Below, in pieces: positions 63,767 through 64,000 of a stretch of DNA of 64,000 nt. Positions within the stretch are counted from its first letter, which is position 1; each line of letters begins with the position of its first letter. Where the stretch lies: NCBI RefSeq assembly GCF_009914755.1, contig NC_060938.1; one strand, written 5' to 3'. The notes beneath the pieces are model-generated. The model saw only the letters and a list, made by a program, of their open reading frames with translations, made no database searches and was not told the origin of the DNA. Made by a program: the position numbers and the translations under genes. Origin of the DNA: the human T2T-CHM13v2.0 reference genome, Homo sapiens.

Positions 63767-64000
63767 TGTGGCACATATACACCATGGAATACTATGCAGC
63801 CATAAAAAATGATGAGTTCATGTCCTTTGTAGGGACATGGATGAAGCTGGAAACCATCATTCTCAGCAAACTATCGCAAGGACAAAAAACCAAACACCGC
63901 CTGTTCTCACTCATAGGTGGGAATTGAACAATGAGAACACATGGACACAGGAAGGGGAACATCACACACCGGGGACTGTTAGGGGGTGGGGGGAGCGGGG
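63767..64000 (+). mobile_element. Young L1PA 3' end (5'-truncated, sense; runs off the window)
   Basis: Near-consensus ORF2 C-terminus WHIYTMEYYAAIKNDEFMSFVGTWMKLETIILSKLSQGQKTKHRLFSLIGGN* followed by the 3' UTR G-tract. Confidence 0.92.

Overview
This is human (primate) genomic DNA, very rich in repeats: about 48 Alu copies or fragments, plus L1, L2, MIR, LTR and DNA-transposon relics. It holds the last three coding exons and the 3' UTR of SNAPC1 (+ strand; 3136-3286, 13706-13801, 15849-15883, ending ...EFTASKKRRKH*). A CpG-island promoter at about 33.3-34.2 kb has a first exon ending ATG GCG ACT GAC A|GTGAGT. I assign it to SYT16 from recalled gene order, and the rest of the window would be its long first intron. 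That intron contains an antisense COX4I1 processed pseudogene (about 52.9-53.6 kb). I found no prokaryote-type system and no convincing new protein-coding gene. The observations most worth checking are: (1) a strong-Kozak MATD start in the first exon that mirrors the membrane-anchored SYT14 N-terminus; (2) a frame-preserving 15-nt microexon or recursive-splice candidate 2.4 kb downstream; (3) an unexplained ~620-bp TSD-flanked retro-insert at 49.8-50.4 kb; (4) a triple target-site duplication shared by the COX4I1 retrocopy and an Alu; (5) a young L1 whose 5' truncation exactly mirrors an older antisense L1; (6) two hairpins next to SNAPC1 poly(A) signals; (7) a PP2A-B56-type motif on a symmetric SNAPC1 exon. 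Gene and repeat-subfamily names come from recall of known sequences, not from database searches. Repeat boundaries are approximate.
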